A stretch of 28,471 bases of DNA from a virus (IMGVR_UViG_3300043394_000375:1-28471), one strand, 5' to 3'. Counted from the first letter of the stretch, positions 17,912-26,881 are shown. The notes: generated by a model not told the origin, from the letters alone. Numbers and translations: made by a program.

Positions 17912-18586
17912 TCACCTGAACGTGGGCGAGGGGTTCATCAGGAATCCAGAATAGGTGCCGAGGGTGCCCGGCGCGGCAGGGGCTTGCTGACCCATCGTAG
18001 AACGAAGCTGCCGGGCGACGTCCAATTCCGCTTGCACGGCTGCCTTCTCCGCTACCGCCTTCTGTGCGAGGTCTTCCTTGCGGAGAGCTTGGGCGGTGAT
18101 GGCTTCCCCACCCACCTGGGCGACGCCACCAAGGGCGCTGAAGAAGGCGGCCCTGCGTGCAGCTTCTGAACGAGCCTTGGTGCCGGCAAGGGCGCTGATC
18201 TCTTCCCGCTGGGCCTGGGCGGCTTCCACGTCCATCTGAGAGATGTCACGGGCAGAAGCCTGCCGGGCTTCCATCAGCGCGTTCTGCGTCCCAAGAGCCC
18301 CCAGGAAGGCTTCACGCGAGCCTGGGGCCATAGGGGCTGGCATAGCCTGTAGGTCACGCAGGGCAGCCCCACGCTGGACCTGAGCGGCAGCCTCGGCCAT
18401 GCCTCTCTGGTTCTCGGTCAAGCCGAGGTCACCCTGGGCTTGACGGCGCCGTAGGGCTTCAAGCCTCCGGGCGTCCTCGTCCGAGAACATCCCCTTGGCC
18501 GTCTTGGCCTCGGCTACGCCTCCGGCTATCTTGCCAGCCGCCCCGAGCCCAGCGCCTATCAGAAGTGCAGTTGTCAGAGCAGGCAT
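17912..18586 (-). CDS. Putative pilot or ejection protein (224 aa)
   Basis: Gly/Ala-rich hydrophobic N-terminus ALLIGAGLGAAGKIAGG followed by Gln/Ala helices. Confidence 0.65.
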   Translation of the reverse strand: MPALTTALLIGAGLGAAGKIAGGVAEAKTAKGMFSDEDARRLEALRRRQAQGDLGLTENQRGMAEAAAQVQRGAALRDLQAMPAPMAPGSREAFLGALGTQNALMEARQASARDISQMDVEAAQAQREEISALAGTKARSEAARRAAFFSALGGVAQVGGEAITAQALRKEDLAQKAVAEKAAVQAELDVARQLRSTMGQQAPAAPGTLGTYSGFLMNPSPTFR

Positions 18587-18605
18587 CTCTAATCCTCTCA
18601 GTTAG

Positions 18606-18614
18606 ATTGTAACC
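18606..18614 (-). promoter_or_regulatory. Putative late promoter GGTTACAAT
   Basis: Exact motif in a 29-bp intergenic gap, 19 nt before the ATG. Confidence 0.65.
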
Positions 18615-18615
18615 C

Positions 18616-19314
18616 TCAGGTGTAGGACTCAATGGTCACACCGAAGTTGAGTACCGCGACGCGGCGGATGGTGCCGAAGGCGGACAAACCGCAGGTGATG
18701 GGCGCCACCACGTTGTCCGACCACTTGTAGAGCACCGCTGAACCTTCAGCGTCGTGCCACCCACTGAGCTCCCAGGGCAGGTCAGGTGCGACCTCGTAAG
18801 GGGACGCAGCCTCGAACCCGTGCACGTTGGTGGGGTGCAGGCTGGACCTCGACTTCTCGGTGAAGTCGGGGTTCTGCGCCCAGAATGAGATCCAAGAAGT
18901 CCTGATGGGCTGGACACCCGAGAACGGTCGGTCATCAGGACCTGAGATGCACTCAGCCCACCAGTTCAGGATCACGTCGCTGCGTCGCCGCACCTCAATC
19001 CGCAAGCTCATCAGTGGGATGGGCGCCCAGTTCCCATCGTTGCCCCCGTTGATTCCCTGGCTCGTGAAGGTCAACCGGGTCAGGCTTGATGTACTCACAA
19101 GCCCGCCCTGGTGCCCGGTGACTCCGTGTTGCACCCCAGAGGTCGGGTCATAGAGCGGGGGGCCAACAATGTGCCGGGTGTCGAATCCGTCCACAGCGGC
19201 TATGTCAGTCGTGGGGATGCCCTCGTGCAGGTACACCCGAATCGCGTCGGAGTTCCCAGAGAATTGCGAAGCGACCAGCTTGGTCGTGAAGGTGTTGGGA
19301 ATCGCTACAGGCAT
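18616..19314 (-). CDS. Putative tail protein (232 aa)
   Basis: N-terminal IPNTFT motif; beta-rich; synteny. Confidence 0.55.
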   Translation of the reverse strand: MPVAIPNTFTTKLVASQFSGNSDAIRVYLHEGIPTTDIAAVDGFDTRHIVGPPLYDPTSGVQHGVTGHQGGLVSTSSLTRLTFTSQGINGGNDGNWAPIPLMSLRIEVRRRSDVILNWWAECISGPDDRPFSGVQPIRTSWISFWAQNPDFTEKSRSSLHPTNVHGFEAASPYEVAPDLPWELSGWHDAEGSAVLYKWSDNVVAPITCGLSAFGTIRRVAVLNFGVTIESYT

Positions 19315-19327
19315 GGTCTAAGTCCTC

Positions 19328-20263
19328 TCAGCCGAGTCGTTGAACGATGGCGGTGATGAAGCCGGACTGCGTGTAGAGCGTGCAACCCACCGAAGCAATC
19401 GGGTCGTAGACCATGAACGCCTTGCCCGTGACGAGCTGAGTGGCTGGGTGATAGAGCGCGGGCAGGTAGACCACCCTTATCCCGTAGCAGGTCACGCCGA
19501 GGGGCGGGGTGTAGAGCCAAGACCCACGCACCGTGCGCCAGCCTCGGGCGTAAATGGCGTCTCCCGTAGCCTTACCGTCGCTGACACCAACCCCCCGTGC
19601 GACCCAAGCGGGGAAGAAGGTCGCCGCAGAGCACTCTTCAATCTTGCCACCCGTGACGCCACCAGCAGGGATGTTGATGGCGGTCTGGAAGGTGGTCTGC
19701 CCCGGAACCGCAACCCAGTTGGCCAGGGCGTTGGAAGTGATGTCCCATTGAAGGTAGAAGGGGACCGCGTGCATCCCGTCAGTCACGGTGATGGTGGCGG
19801 GGGCGAAGTTCGAGATGTCGAACTGACCCAAGGACCCTGCCGTGTCATACGGCGTCCCAACGAAGGCGAGATTGACCTTCAAGGACCAACTCACCCTCAG
19901 CACGTCAACCAGGGTGATGGTCCTCCCAGCGAGCCCGAAATTGACGATGCTCGCATTGGCAAGCGTGGAGTCAACCACAGGGTTGGGAGTGGCCGGAGGA
20001 GGTGAAGGGGTTGCGGTCAGAACCGTGGTCACGATGTTGGTGACGGTGTCCCAGTCATCGCAGCCAAGGGTCTCGGTGAAGGCGCCATCCGATCTGACGA
20101 TCTGCTGGGCGGCGTACTGGGGGAGGTCTACTGCCCCGTCACGCAGGTTGTTCGCGTCGATGGAGGTCGAAGCTGAGGTGAAGTCGGTGAACCGCGCGTT
20201 GATCTCAGAAGCGTCAATGACAGCTTCATCCGACAGGGGCGGGCGTGAAGTCAGTTGGCTCAC
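19328..20263 (-). CDS. Putative tail protein (311 aa)
   Basis: IDASEINARF...IDANNLRDGAV fibre-type N-terminus; GTGA overlap. Confidence 0.55.
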   Translation of the reverse strand: MSQLTSRPPLSDEAVIDASEINARFTDFTSASTSIDANNLRDGAVDLPQYAAQQIVRSDGAFTETLGCDDWDTVTNIVTTVLTATPSPPPATPNPVVDSTLANASIVNFGLAGRTITLVDVLRVSWSLKVNLAFVGTPYDTAGSLGQFDISNFAPATITVTDGMHAVPFYLQWDITSNALANWVAVPGQTTFQTAINIPAGGVTGGKIEECSAATFFPAWVARGVGVSDGKATGDAIYARGWRTVRGSWLYTPPLGVTCYGIRVVYLPALYHPATQLVTGKAFMVYDPIASVGCTLYTQSGFITAIVQRLG

Positions 20264-20910
20264 CGGAACCTCCCTATCGCGAAGAATTTGGAACCGAACA
20301 GGTGGGCCCGCATCAGATTGGCCCCGTTGGTCACATCGTCGAAGATATCGTCAGGACCGTTCGGGGTGACTGACCAGTAGAGGCTGCACACTGGGTCGCC
20401 TGCAGGCACCTGGGCAGACCCAGTGAGCTGGAAGCTGTCGTGTGGCTGGCAAGGGCCGATGCGTTCTGCAACGGTCAGTCCGCCAATCACGATCTTCAGG
20501 CCTATGTGGTTCGGGTTCCTGGCGCTGGTCTGGTTGACCGTGAAGCCCATCCACTGGGAGACCAACACGTTGGCCGACCAGTTGACCATTATGTTCCCGC
20601 CCTTGTGACCGGACAGGGTGACCTGCTGGTGGAGCATCGGGCCGACAAGGCTGCTGTTCCCAGTGAAGGACCTCCAAGAGGTGTCCCCATCCACGTTCGT
20701 GTCCACCACGTTGTCTTGTTCGGCCTTGAAGGCAGTCCAGATGTGGTGCTTAGCGTACTGCGCGAACTGAAGCTCCCCGAAGCTGTCCGCTGGGAGCTGA
20801 GTCCGGTCCAGTCCACCGAATGAAGACCGAAGCGAGGTCAGCTCCTGGTCCATGCCACCAGGGAGCACGGCATGCTCAGCCCTGGTCTCGTGAGTCACCC
20901 AAGTCTTCAT
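20260..20910 (-). CDS. Putative tail protein (216 aa)
   Basis: ATGA overlap with the nozzle gene; beta-rich. Confidence 0.55.
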   Translation of the reverse strand: MKTWVTHETRAEHAVLPGGMDQELTSLRSSFGGLDRTQLPADSFGELQFAQYAKHHIWTAFKAEQDNVVDTNVDGDTSWRSFTGNSSLVGPMLHQQVTLSGHKGGNIMVNWSANVLVSQWMGFTVNQTSARNPNHIGLKIVIGGLTVAERIGPCQPHDSFQLTGSAQVPAGDPVCSLYWSVTPNGPDDIFDDVTNGANLMRAHLFGSKFFAIGRFR

Positions 20911-23132
20911 CTCTGACCTCCTTGGCCGCGCATGGCATCAGGGGCCACGTTGCCTTCGATTGAGAAGCCCAGGAACACCACGTCATCGGTCGTCTGGAAC
21001 TGGAAGCTGAAGGTGTTGCAGCGGCGTTCACCGACCGAGAATCGAATCGGTATCGCCATCCCCATGGCAGAGTTGTAATCGTCGAGCAGAACCTGGGTCA
21101 AGGGAAGATTGGCCCCCACCGTGTCTGTCAGCGAGTCTGCGAAGACGGGAAGGATTGGTCCGGGTGCGGGCTGCGCCTTGTACGGCTTGCTCGCGGTGTA
21201 AGGCCCAGTGCCGTTGATGGCTGACTCCAGGGCGATCTCCACGTTGCCAGTGCTGACCACATAGACCGTGACGTAGCTGATGGTCTTCAGCTGGGCGGGG
21301 TCGCCGAAGTCGAAGTACAGACTGCGATAGATCGACTTCGGGGCAGGAGCGCGCTTGTAGGTGTCCTGCTCGAAGTTCAAGCCCATCGCCCGGCGGGAAG
21401 AAGCCACGAACAGACCGGCGGGCTGCGGAGTCTGACCAAACGCCCCGGTGTGGTGCCCGAAGATGACTTCCCCGTTGGGCAGGGAAGCGAAGCATCCAAT
21501 GGGCCAGCCCTTGCGGAGGGTGAAGGAGTGGCCACCCTCTTGAGACGCAGCCAGCGGGTGCCAAACGACCCCAAGGTCGAGCTTGGCAGACCCATTGGAA
21601 GGGACCTGGAGCCAGTACTCCTGCCTGCGGGTGTCCCAAACCGCCGTGGACCGAGCCATGGCAGCCCCGTTGGGGGCTATAGCCCGCTCCCAGACTTCAC
21701 TGATGGAGGCCCCATCGGATATCTTGCTTGCCGAGGTGATGGCGCCACCGACCGTTCCACCTTCCACAAGATAGAGGCCATCGCGGGCCGCCATCACGAC
21801 CCCGTATGGGGTTCCAACTGCGGAGTGCGGGGCAAGGCATTCCAGACCGGCAAGCAGCGTGGTGGCCGTGAATCCCGTGGCGGTCCCGGGTCCGATGATG
21901 TCGAGGCTCCGCTCCCTAAGCACCAAGAGGCTCGTGTAGTGCGCCACGAGCCCGGTGATGGCCCCTCCGTCGGCAGGCAGGGTCACTTGGTCACCCGCTG
22001 AGAACCACTCGGGCAGGCCCACCTTCGAGAAGAAGACCGTGAAGGGGTCATCAGTCGAACCCGCGATGAACAGGCGACCCAAGAAGGTCGTGGCGAACAT
22101 CGGGGTCTGGATCGGGAGCTCGATGCGGTCACCGGGCAACGGCTCCAAGGCACCGAGACCGTTCGGTGGGGTCGGGTCGAATACAAGCTCGTCGATGTTG
22201 TTGGGCACCGTCAAGCTCAGGTAGATGGCGTCGTCTCCCTCGGAGGGGGACTCCTCAGCCCAATTCTGGCTGCGCCACAGTCGGCGTGCCATGGTCCCAG
22301 CTGGTCCCAGCGGAATGCGGACGGCGGGGACGTGCCGCGCCTTGTTCTTCTGGTTCTGCGGGCTCTCCCAGCTAAGCACCGTGGCATCCGACAGTGGGGA
22401 TTCACCACCAAGGTCAGAGACGAACGAGACCTTGTAAGTGTAGGCGTTGGCCCGCACTTCAGAAGCGGGGGTGGTGCTGTATCCGATGCCCGCCCGGTTC
22501 GGATAGCCAAGGGCGCTGCCCGAAGTGCTCCACCAGATCTGAACGGAGTCGCCCGTGGTGTCCGTGATGGTTGAAGTCGGGGAGCCTGAAGTCGCATCGA
22601 CCTGGGTGACGCCAAGCGGGGATACCGGGCTCGGAGTCCTCATCCCGAAGGGGCGGACAATCTGCGGGACCACACCCGGGGCAACGGTGATGCCGGGCAG
22701 AGGCCAGGGCTGGACCAGCAGAGGGGTGTCCTGACCGTTGGTCACGAGCACACCGTCCGCAATCGGGGTGTACTGCGTCACGGGAGTCAGGCGCGTCGGG
22801 ATGAATCTGCCAGTGGCGAGTGCAAGGATGCTTGGGGTGTTGCCCCCGAAGTCATGCAGCAAGTAGAGCGTGCCACCTGACTCGAAGAGGATATAGTAAG
22901 TCGAGGGAGTGTTGCCGCCAACATAGAGCGAGTCAATCGGCCCAAGGGCAGCGAAGGGTGCGTAGCCACTGGTGATGTTCGGGAAGTAAGGCTCGTAGCC
23001 AAGCCTGGTGGACCACCCACCGCCACCTGGGCCTGCAGTTGAACCCCGGAAGCTGGTGGACCAGAACAGGTTCTCACCGCGCAACATCCCAGCAGATGAG
23101 GCGTTGACGGCGAGCTGCAAACCGGTCTTCAT
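20907..23132 (-). CDS. Tail nozzle or tubular protein B-like (P22 gp10-like)
   Basis: 741 aa with beta-propeller-type segments (LVTNGQD, GRLFIAG...VFFS, ITGL); follows the adaptor. Confidence 0.65.
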   Translation of the reverse strand: MKTGLQLAVNASSAGMLRGENLFWSTSFRGSTAGPGGGGWSTRLGYEPYFPNITSGYAPFAALGPIDSLYVGGNTPSTYYILFESGGTLYLLHDFGGNTPSILALATGRFIPTRLTPVTQYTPIADGVLVTNGQDTPLLVQPWPLPGITVAPGVVPQIVRPFGMRTPSPVSPLGVTQVDATSGSPTSTITDTTGDSVQIWWSTSGSALGYPNRAGIGYSTTPASEVRANAYTYKVSFVSDLGGESPLSDATVLSWESPQNQKNKARHVPAVRIPLGPAGTMARRLWRSQNWAEESPSEGDDAIYLSLTVPNNIDELVFDPTPPNGLGALEPLPGDRIELPIQTPMFATTFLGRLFIAGSTDDPFTVFFSKVGLPEWFSAGDQVTLPADGGAITGLVAHYTSLLVLRERSLDIIGPGTATGFTATTLLAGLECLAPHSAVGTPYGVVMAARDGLYLVEGGTVGGAITSASKISDGASISEVWERAIAPNGAAMARSTAVWDTRRQEYWLQVPSNGSAKLDLGVVWHPLAASQEGGHSFTLRKGWPIGCFASLPNGEVIFGHHTGAFGQTPQPAGLFVASSRRAMGLNFEQDTYKRAPAPKSIYRSLYFDFGDPAQLKTISYVTVYVVSTGNVEIALESAINGTGPYTASKPYKAQPAPGPILPVFADSLTDTVGANLPLTQVLLDDYNSAMGMAIPIRFSVGERRCNTFSFQFQTTDDVVFLGFSIEGNVAPDAMRGQGGQR

Positions 23133-23179
23133 GGGGTCACGCGGGAGTTGGAGGGGTGCGCGTTGGTGCTACTGCAGTT

Positions 23180-23188
23180 ATGGTAACC
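23180..23188 (-). promoter_or_regulatory. Variant promoter motif GGTTACCAT
   Basis: One mismatch to GGTTACAAT; lies in the gap upstream of the nozzle gene. Confidence 0.4.
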
Positions 23189-23201
23189 CCCGGAGGTGGT
23201 A

Positions 23202-23708
23202 ATGCCGAGAGCAGGAGAATGCAGAAGTCCTGAACAAATACGTAACCTCATTATGACCAATTCCTTGGTGACTGACACTGGTTGCTGGGAATGGCAAAAG
23301 GCGTTAGGGCATAAGGGGTACGGGCTCCTGAAGTGGAATAGGCCCGGTTTGCCACCAATGACCAAGGCCCACCGTGTCTCTTACACCGCGTTCAACGGTG
23401 ACCCCGGAGATTTGTGTGTCCTTCACCAATGTGATAACTCTCGTTGCGTCAACCCGGGCCACTTATTCCTTGGGACCAAGGCGGAGAATGTGTCAGACAT
23501 GGATTCCAAGGGCCGTAGGTTCAGAGGCTCTGTGAACAGGGGTGTAAACAACAGAATGTCCAAACTCTCCGAAGACCAAGTATTGGAGATTCGAGGGTTG
23601 GCCGCAGGTGGACTGACTCAGGCTGATGTGGGTTCGGTGTTCGGGGTCAGTCGGGAGTGTGTCTCTAAGGTAGTCAATGGCAGTCGCTGGGGGCACATCA
23701 AGGGATAA
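23202..23708 (+). CDS. HNH homing endonuclease with a C-terminal HTH
   Basis: CWEW..KGYG..AHRVSY..VLHQCDN.RCVNP.HLFLGT..EN..DM..KGR motif; SD GGAGGT; antisense to its neighbours. Confidence 0.92.
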   Translation: MPRAGECRSPEQIRNLIMTNSLVTDTGCWEWQKALGHKGYGLLKWNRPGLPPMTKAHRVSYTAFNGDPGDLCVLHQCDNSRCVNPGHLFLGTKAENVSDMDSKGRRFRGSVNRGVNNRMSKLSEDQVLEIRGLAAGGLTQADVGSVFGVSRECVSKVVNGSRWGHIKG

Positions 23709-24987
23709 GCTTGTAAGGACCAAGGCTAATCGGTCCCTTGGTTGCACCCGCTGTCCCCATCATCACAAGAGGAGCAGTGGACTGCATCAGATAGGTCTGG
23801 CTCATCTGCCGGTAAGCACCGTCTCTCAAGTCACGGTACATCTTGCCGAGACTCGGGTTGTCCAGACGAATCGCATTGGTGCTGGTGGCCTCGTACTCTA
23901 TCACCTGAGCAGCGTCCGGTGGAATCAGAGGAGCGTCCCCGTCCTCTATCATCGGCTGCGGGAGAACCTGGACTCGGACTTGGTACTCGGTGACCAGGGC
24001 GGGGTGGGGCCACAGGTTGAACCGCTGGTACTGCCCAAGAGCCATGTACGGGATCGTGGTCGTCAGGTAGTCCTCAGAGCCAATGGTCGCGAGGCTGAGG
24101 TCAGGTGCAAGGGTTGTACCCCCCAACGGGTCAACACCTTCAGGGACCGAGGTGTCCACGAGCACGGGGCGCTTGATTCCTACCTGGGGGCAGGAGAAGT
24201 AGAACTTGCGGTACAGGCCCGTGCTCGGCTGAATCACAGGCGGGGTGAAGGTCAGGGTCTGCAGGTCGGTGAGCTTGTACTCGACCGGGGCGGACAGGGC
24301 AGACTCTCGACCGGCAAGGCTGAAGGTCTGATAGATGAACAGGGTGCGAACGCCCTGGGCCACCCCAGCTACCGTGGCCACACCCGACACCGCCCTTGGG
24401 GTCGGGGTCCGGACGCTCGTGCTCGGGATGAAGTAGAGACTGCGCCCGGTCGTCTGAGGGTCAAGCCTGATGACGTCGCGGTTGAGCTTGGTCATCGCCC
24501 GCTGGGGCTCGGGGATCCCAACGCTCAAGTCGAGCAGGCCTTCCACACTCGCCGTGTCACCCGGAAGGGCGATCTCCCTGTATTGCACGGTCACCGTGTA
24601 GGTTCCGGTGGCCTGGGTGATGGGGCTGGTGAGGTAGACCCTGATGCCCGCGAGGTCGGCGAAGCTGACGTTGTAGGTCTGGCTCTGGACTCCAGTGGAA
24701 GAAGTCAGGAACAGAGTGTGCCCGTCAATCGCCCTACGGGCTTGCGAGGAGATCAGGGACAAGTCAACGAAGTCCTGGCCGAGAATGACCGGGATGCCAG
24801 CCTCGGTGTAGTCGGGGAACACCGTGACTATGGACTCGCGCTGTGCGAAGGACCAGCGGTGCGAACCCAGCACCTTGACCTGGGCTGCGTTGATCTTGCG
24901 GTCAAGGTCTACTTCGTACGTATCGTTGGCCGGGTCGTAATTGAGATTGGCGGCGACGGCGGCCCGAAGGTCAGCAAGAGTGGTCAT
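23698..24987 (-). CDS. Head-tail adaptor or tail tubular protein A-like
   Basis: TLADLR..V...INAAQ......RWSF N-terminus and LWPHP...D.P.IP C-terminus; synteny after the capsid genes. Confidence 0.65.
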   Translation of the reverse strand: MTTLADLRAAVAANLNYDPANDTYEVDLDRKINAAQVKVLGSHRWSFAQRESIVTVFPDYTEAGIPVILGQDFVDLSLISSQARRAIDGHTLFLTSSTGVQSQTYNVSFADLAGIRVYLTSPITQATGTYTVTVQYREIALPGDTASVEGLLDLSVGIPEPQRAMTKLNRDVIRLDPQTTGRSLYFIPSTSVRTPTPRAVSGVATVAGVAQGVRTLFIYQTFSLAGRESALSAPVEYKLTDLQTLTFTPPVIQPSTGLYRKFYFSCPQVGIKRPVLVDTSVPEGVDPLGGTTLAPDLSLATIGSEDYLTTTIPYMALGQYQRFNLWPHPALVTEYQVRVQVLPQPMIEDGDAPLIPPDAAQVIEYEATSTNAIRLDNPSLGKMYRDLRDGAYRQMSQTYLMQSTAPLVMMGTAGATKGPISLGPYKLIP

Positions 24988-24991
24988 GCGA

Positions 24992-25028
24992 AGGCCCCCT
25001 GTAGGTCATTGTAACCTACAGGGGGCCT
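24992..25028 (-). promoter_or_regulatory. Perfect 15-bp hairpin with the GGTTACAAT motif (25008-25016) at its loop; possible terminator plus promoter
   Basis: AGGCCCCCTGTAGGT-cattgta-ACCTACAGGGGGCCT. Confidence 0.7.
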
Positions 25029-25054
25029 AAGTCCTTGTCGGGAAGCGCGAAGCG

Positions 25055-25498
25055 TCAGACCTGACGGTAGACCAGAACCGGGGCGGAGTTGCTCGTGGCA
25101 TCAGCGAGGGCGACCCCGCAGACGTTCACGTTCGCAGCGTCAGCGATGGTGGCCCGACCGGAGGTCGTGGTGTCCAGCGCGAGGGCGAGGCCCGAGGTGG
25201 ACCCGGTCGCGACGGCCGCCACGGCACAGTATCCAGCGATGCACACCCGGATCTCCTGGTTGGCAGCGGTGGTCGAGGTGACAGCCACGCCAATGACCGG
25301 GACGCCGATGGCAACCGCGCCGCCGCTGGTGTCCTGCACCGTGACGTACACGACCTTGTCAGCGCCAGTCTTGGCGTAGTCGAAGTTGACCCACTGGCCC
25401 GCGGTGATGGTCCCGGAAGCGAGGAACACACGCTCTTCGGTCGAGGTCGGGGAGGGGCCGCCGTTGGCGACCGTGATGGGGAGGTTGTAGAAGCTCAT
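25055..25498 (-). CDS. Capsid cement or decoration protein
   Basis: A.GTITAGQ.V...IGVA......I.V.I.G...GVAL pattern; directly after the MCP; strongly biased codons. Confidence 0.7.
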   Translation of the reverse strand: MSFYNLPITVANGGPSPTSTEERVFLASGTITAGQWVNFDYAKTGADKVVYVTVQDTSGGAVAIGVPVIGVAVTSTTAANQEIRVCIAGYCAVAAVATGSTSGLALALDTTTSGRATIADAANVNVCGVALADATSNSAPVLVYRQV

Positions 25499-25538
25499 GG
25501 CGTAGACCTCAATCTTGAAGGGTTGGTGACCGCTGCTA

Positions 25539-26627
25539 TCAGGCGTTGGTGAGAACGCCGTGGGCGTTGAGGCGGGAGGTGGTCAGCTGGAGCTTGGCGC
25601 TCACGGTGGCCACGTAGACCGGGGCGCGCGGGTCACGAACGAACTCGCTCACCGAGATCAGGGCCGGGCCGTTGTTCACGCCGAGCTTCTTGCGGGCCGC
25701 AGCGACACCACCACCCTGGAAGGTCGCCACGTTCACACGCAGGTACTTCGAGGAGAGCATGTAGGCGTCGATGAAGTCGGTGCCGACGCCACCCGCGTCC
25801 GCATCGAAGCCCATGCGGGCGTCCACGAACAGCGCCATGCCGTTGTAGACCGGGATCTCCTGCTGCAGGGTGCCGAAGCCCAGCTTCTCCAGGCTCAGGT
25901 ACTGGATCTTGGTGTCCACCAGACCAGCGAGCTTGTTGAAGAACTCCTCGGAGCAGATGCAGACATCGGGGTTCATGCCGCTCTGCGCCCGGATGCCGGT
26001 CATGACGTTGCGGACGTCAGCCTCGGTCAGGGTGCCACCAGCGGAGTCGAACTGGGAGAACCAGCCGAAGTCACGGAAGGCGGTCTGGCTCAGGCCGAGC
26101 ACCGTGTTGGTCTGGGAGGCGCGGGCGACGCCCTGGAACCAGCCGGTGGTCGAGCCGATGCCGTTCAGGCTCTCCAGGGAGGTGAACCGGCGGGCGGAGG
26201 CAGCCGCGGCGCCCTGGAGCACGCTCAGGGAGATGCGGTCGCTCATGTCCTCAACCACGTTGACCACGCGGTCCTGGAGGAAGTCCACGGCGCCCTCGGA
26301 GCTCATGGCGTTGAGCTCGCTCTCGGAGATCCGGATCGGCTGGAAGAACTCGGCGTAGTCCGCGGTCGCCTTCTTCTCGATCAGACCCACGGTGGTGTCG
26401 AGGTCGGCGTAGGCATCGGCACCGGTCAGGATCTCGGTGGCCTGGGAGTGGTAGCCGAGGGACACCGGCTGGATGATGGACTCACCACCACCCTTGATGA
26501 CCTTGATGCTGTTCGGGGCGGCACCGAAGGCCCTGAGCACGTTGTTGGCAGCGAAGGTGGAGTCCTCGGCCTGCGCGATGAGCAGGGGGAGGACACGGTT
26601 GGCGATCGAAGAGATCGGCGTGGGCAT
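25539..26627 (-). CDS. Major capsid protein
   Basis: 362 aa; GGESI.QP motif; lies between scaffold and cement; strongly C/G-ending codons; SD GAGGTG. Confidence 0.85.
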   Translation of the reverse strand: MPTPISSIANRVLPLLIAQAEDSTFAANNVLRAFGAAPNSIKVIKGGGESIIQPVSLGYHSQATEILTGADAYADLDTTVGLIEKKATADYAEFFQPIRISESELNAMSSEGAVDFLQDRVVNVVEDMSDRISLSVLQGAAAASARRFTSLESLNGIGSTTGWFQGVARASQTNTVLGLSQTAFRDFGWFSQFDSAGGTLTEADVRNVMTGIRAQSGMNPDVCICSEEFFNKLAGLVDTKIQYLSLEKLGFGTLQQEIPVYNGMALFVDARMGFDADAGGVGTDFIDAYMLSSKYLRVNVATFQGGGVAAARKKLGVNNGPALISVSEFVRDPRAPVYVATVSAKLQLTTSRLNAHGVLTNA

Positions 26628-26684
26628 GGTAGCACCTCAAATGGGTTGAGAACACGAACGATTGACTGTCTTCGGCGGGTTCCC

Positions 26685-26722
26685 AGTGCCACTTGCTGGC
26701 GGGAGTGCCACTTATCGGCGGG
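26685..26722. repeat. Two tandem 19-bp imperfect repeats in the capsid leader
   Basis: AGTGCCACTTGCTGGCGGG followed by AGTGCCACTTATCGGCGGG. Confidence 0.8.
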
Positions 26723-26750
26723 ATTCCCATTGGGAGGCGCCTCTACCATT

Positions 26751-26759
26751 ATTATAACC
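26751..26759 (-). promoter_or_regulatory. Putative capsid promoter GGTTATAAT
   Basis: Perfect TATAAT with the same GGT prefix as the other sites; no properly spaced -35 seen. Confidence 0.65.
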
Positions 26760-26795
26760 AGCCTTAATAGGCTGACCTCCCTGGGGTGCAATTGG

Positions 26796-26855
26796 GTGTG
26801 TTAGCTCACACATGATAACTCGAATCTCCTTATAAGAAGAGACCCGAGTTATCAT
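26796..26855. repeat. 60-bp palindromic element, copy B
   Basis: GTGTGTTAGCTCACAC ATGATAACTCGAATCTC-cttataagaa-GAGACCCGAGTTATCAT (2 mismatches in the left arm). Confidence 0.93.
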
Positions 26856-26881
26856 TAACTGCCGCGCGCCACAGCCTCTAT

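Noticed and set aside
16121-18169. 682-aa plus-strand ORF
   Set aside because: Antisense shadow across GC-rich structural genes; no motifs recognised
23677-26804. 445-aa and 414-aa plus-strand ORFs
   Set aside because: Antisense shadows of the adaptor and capsid genes
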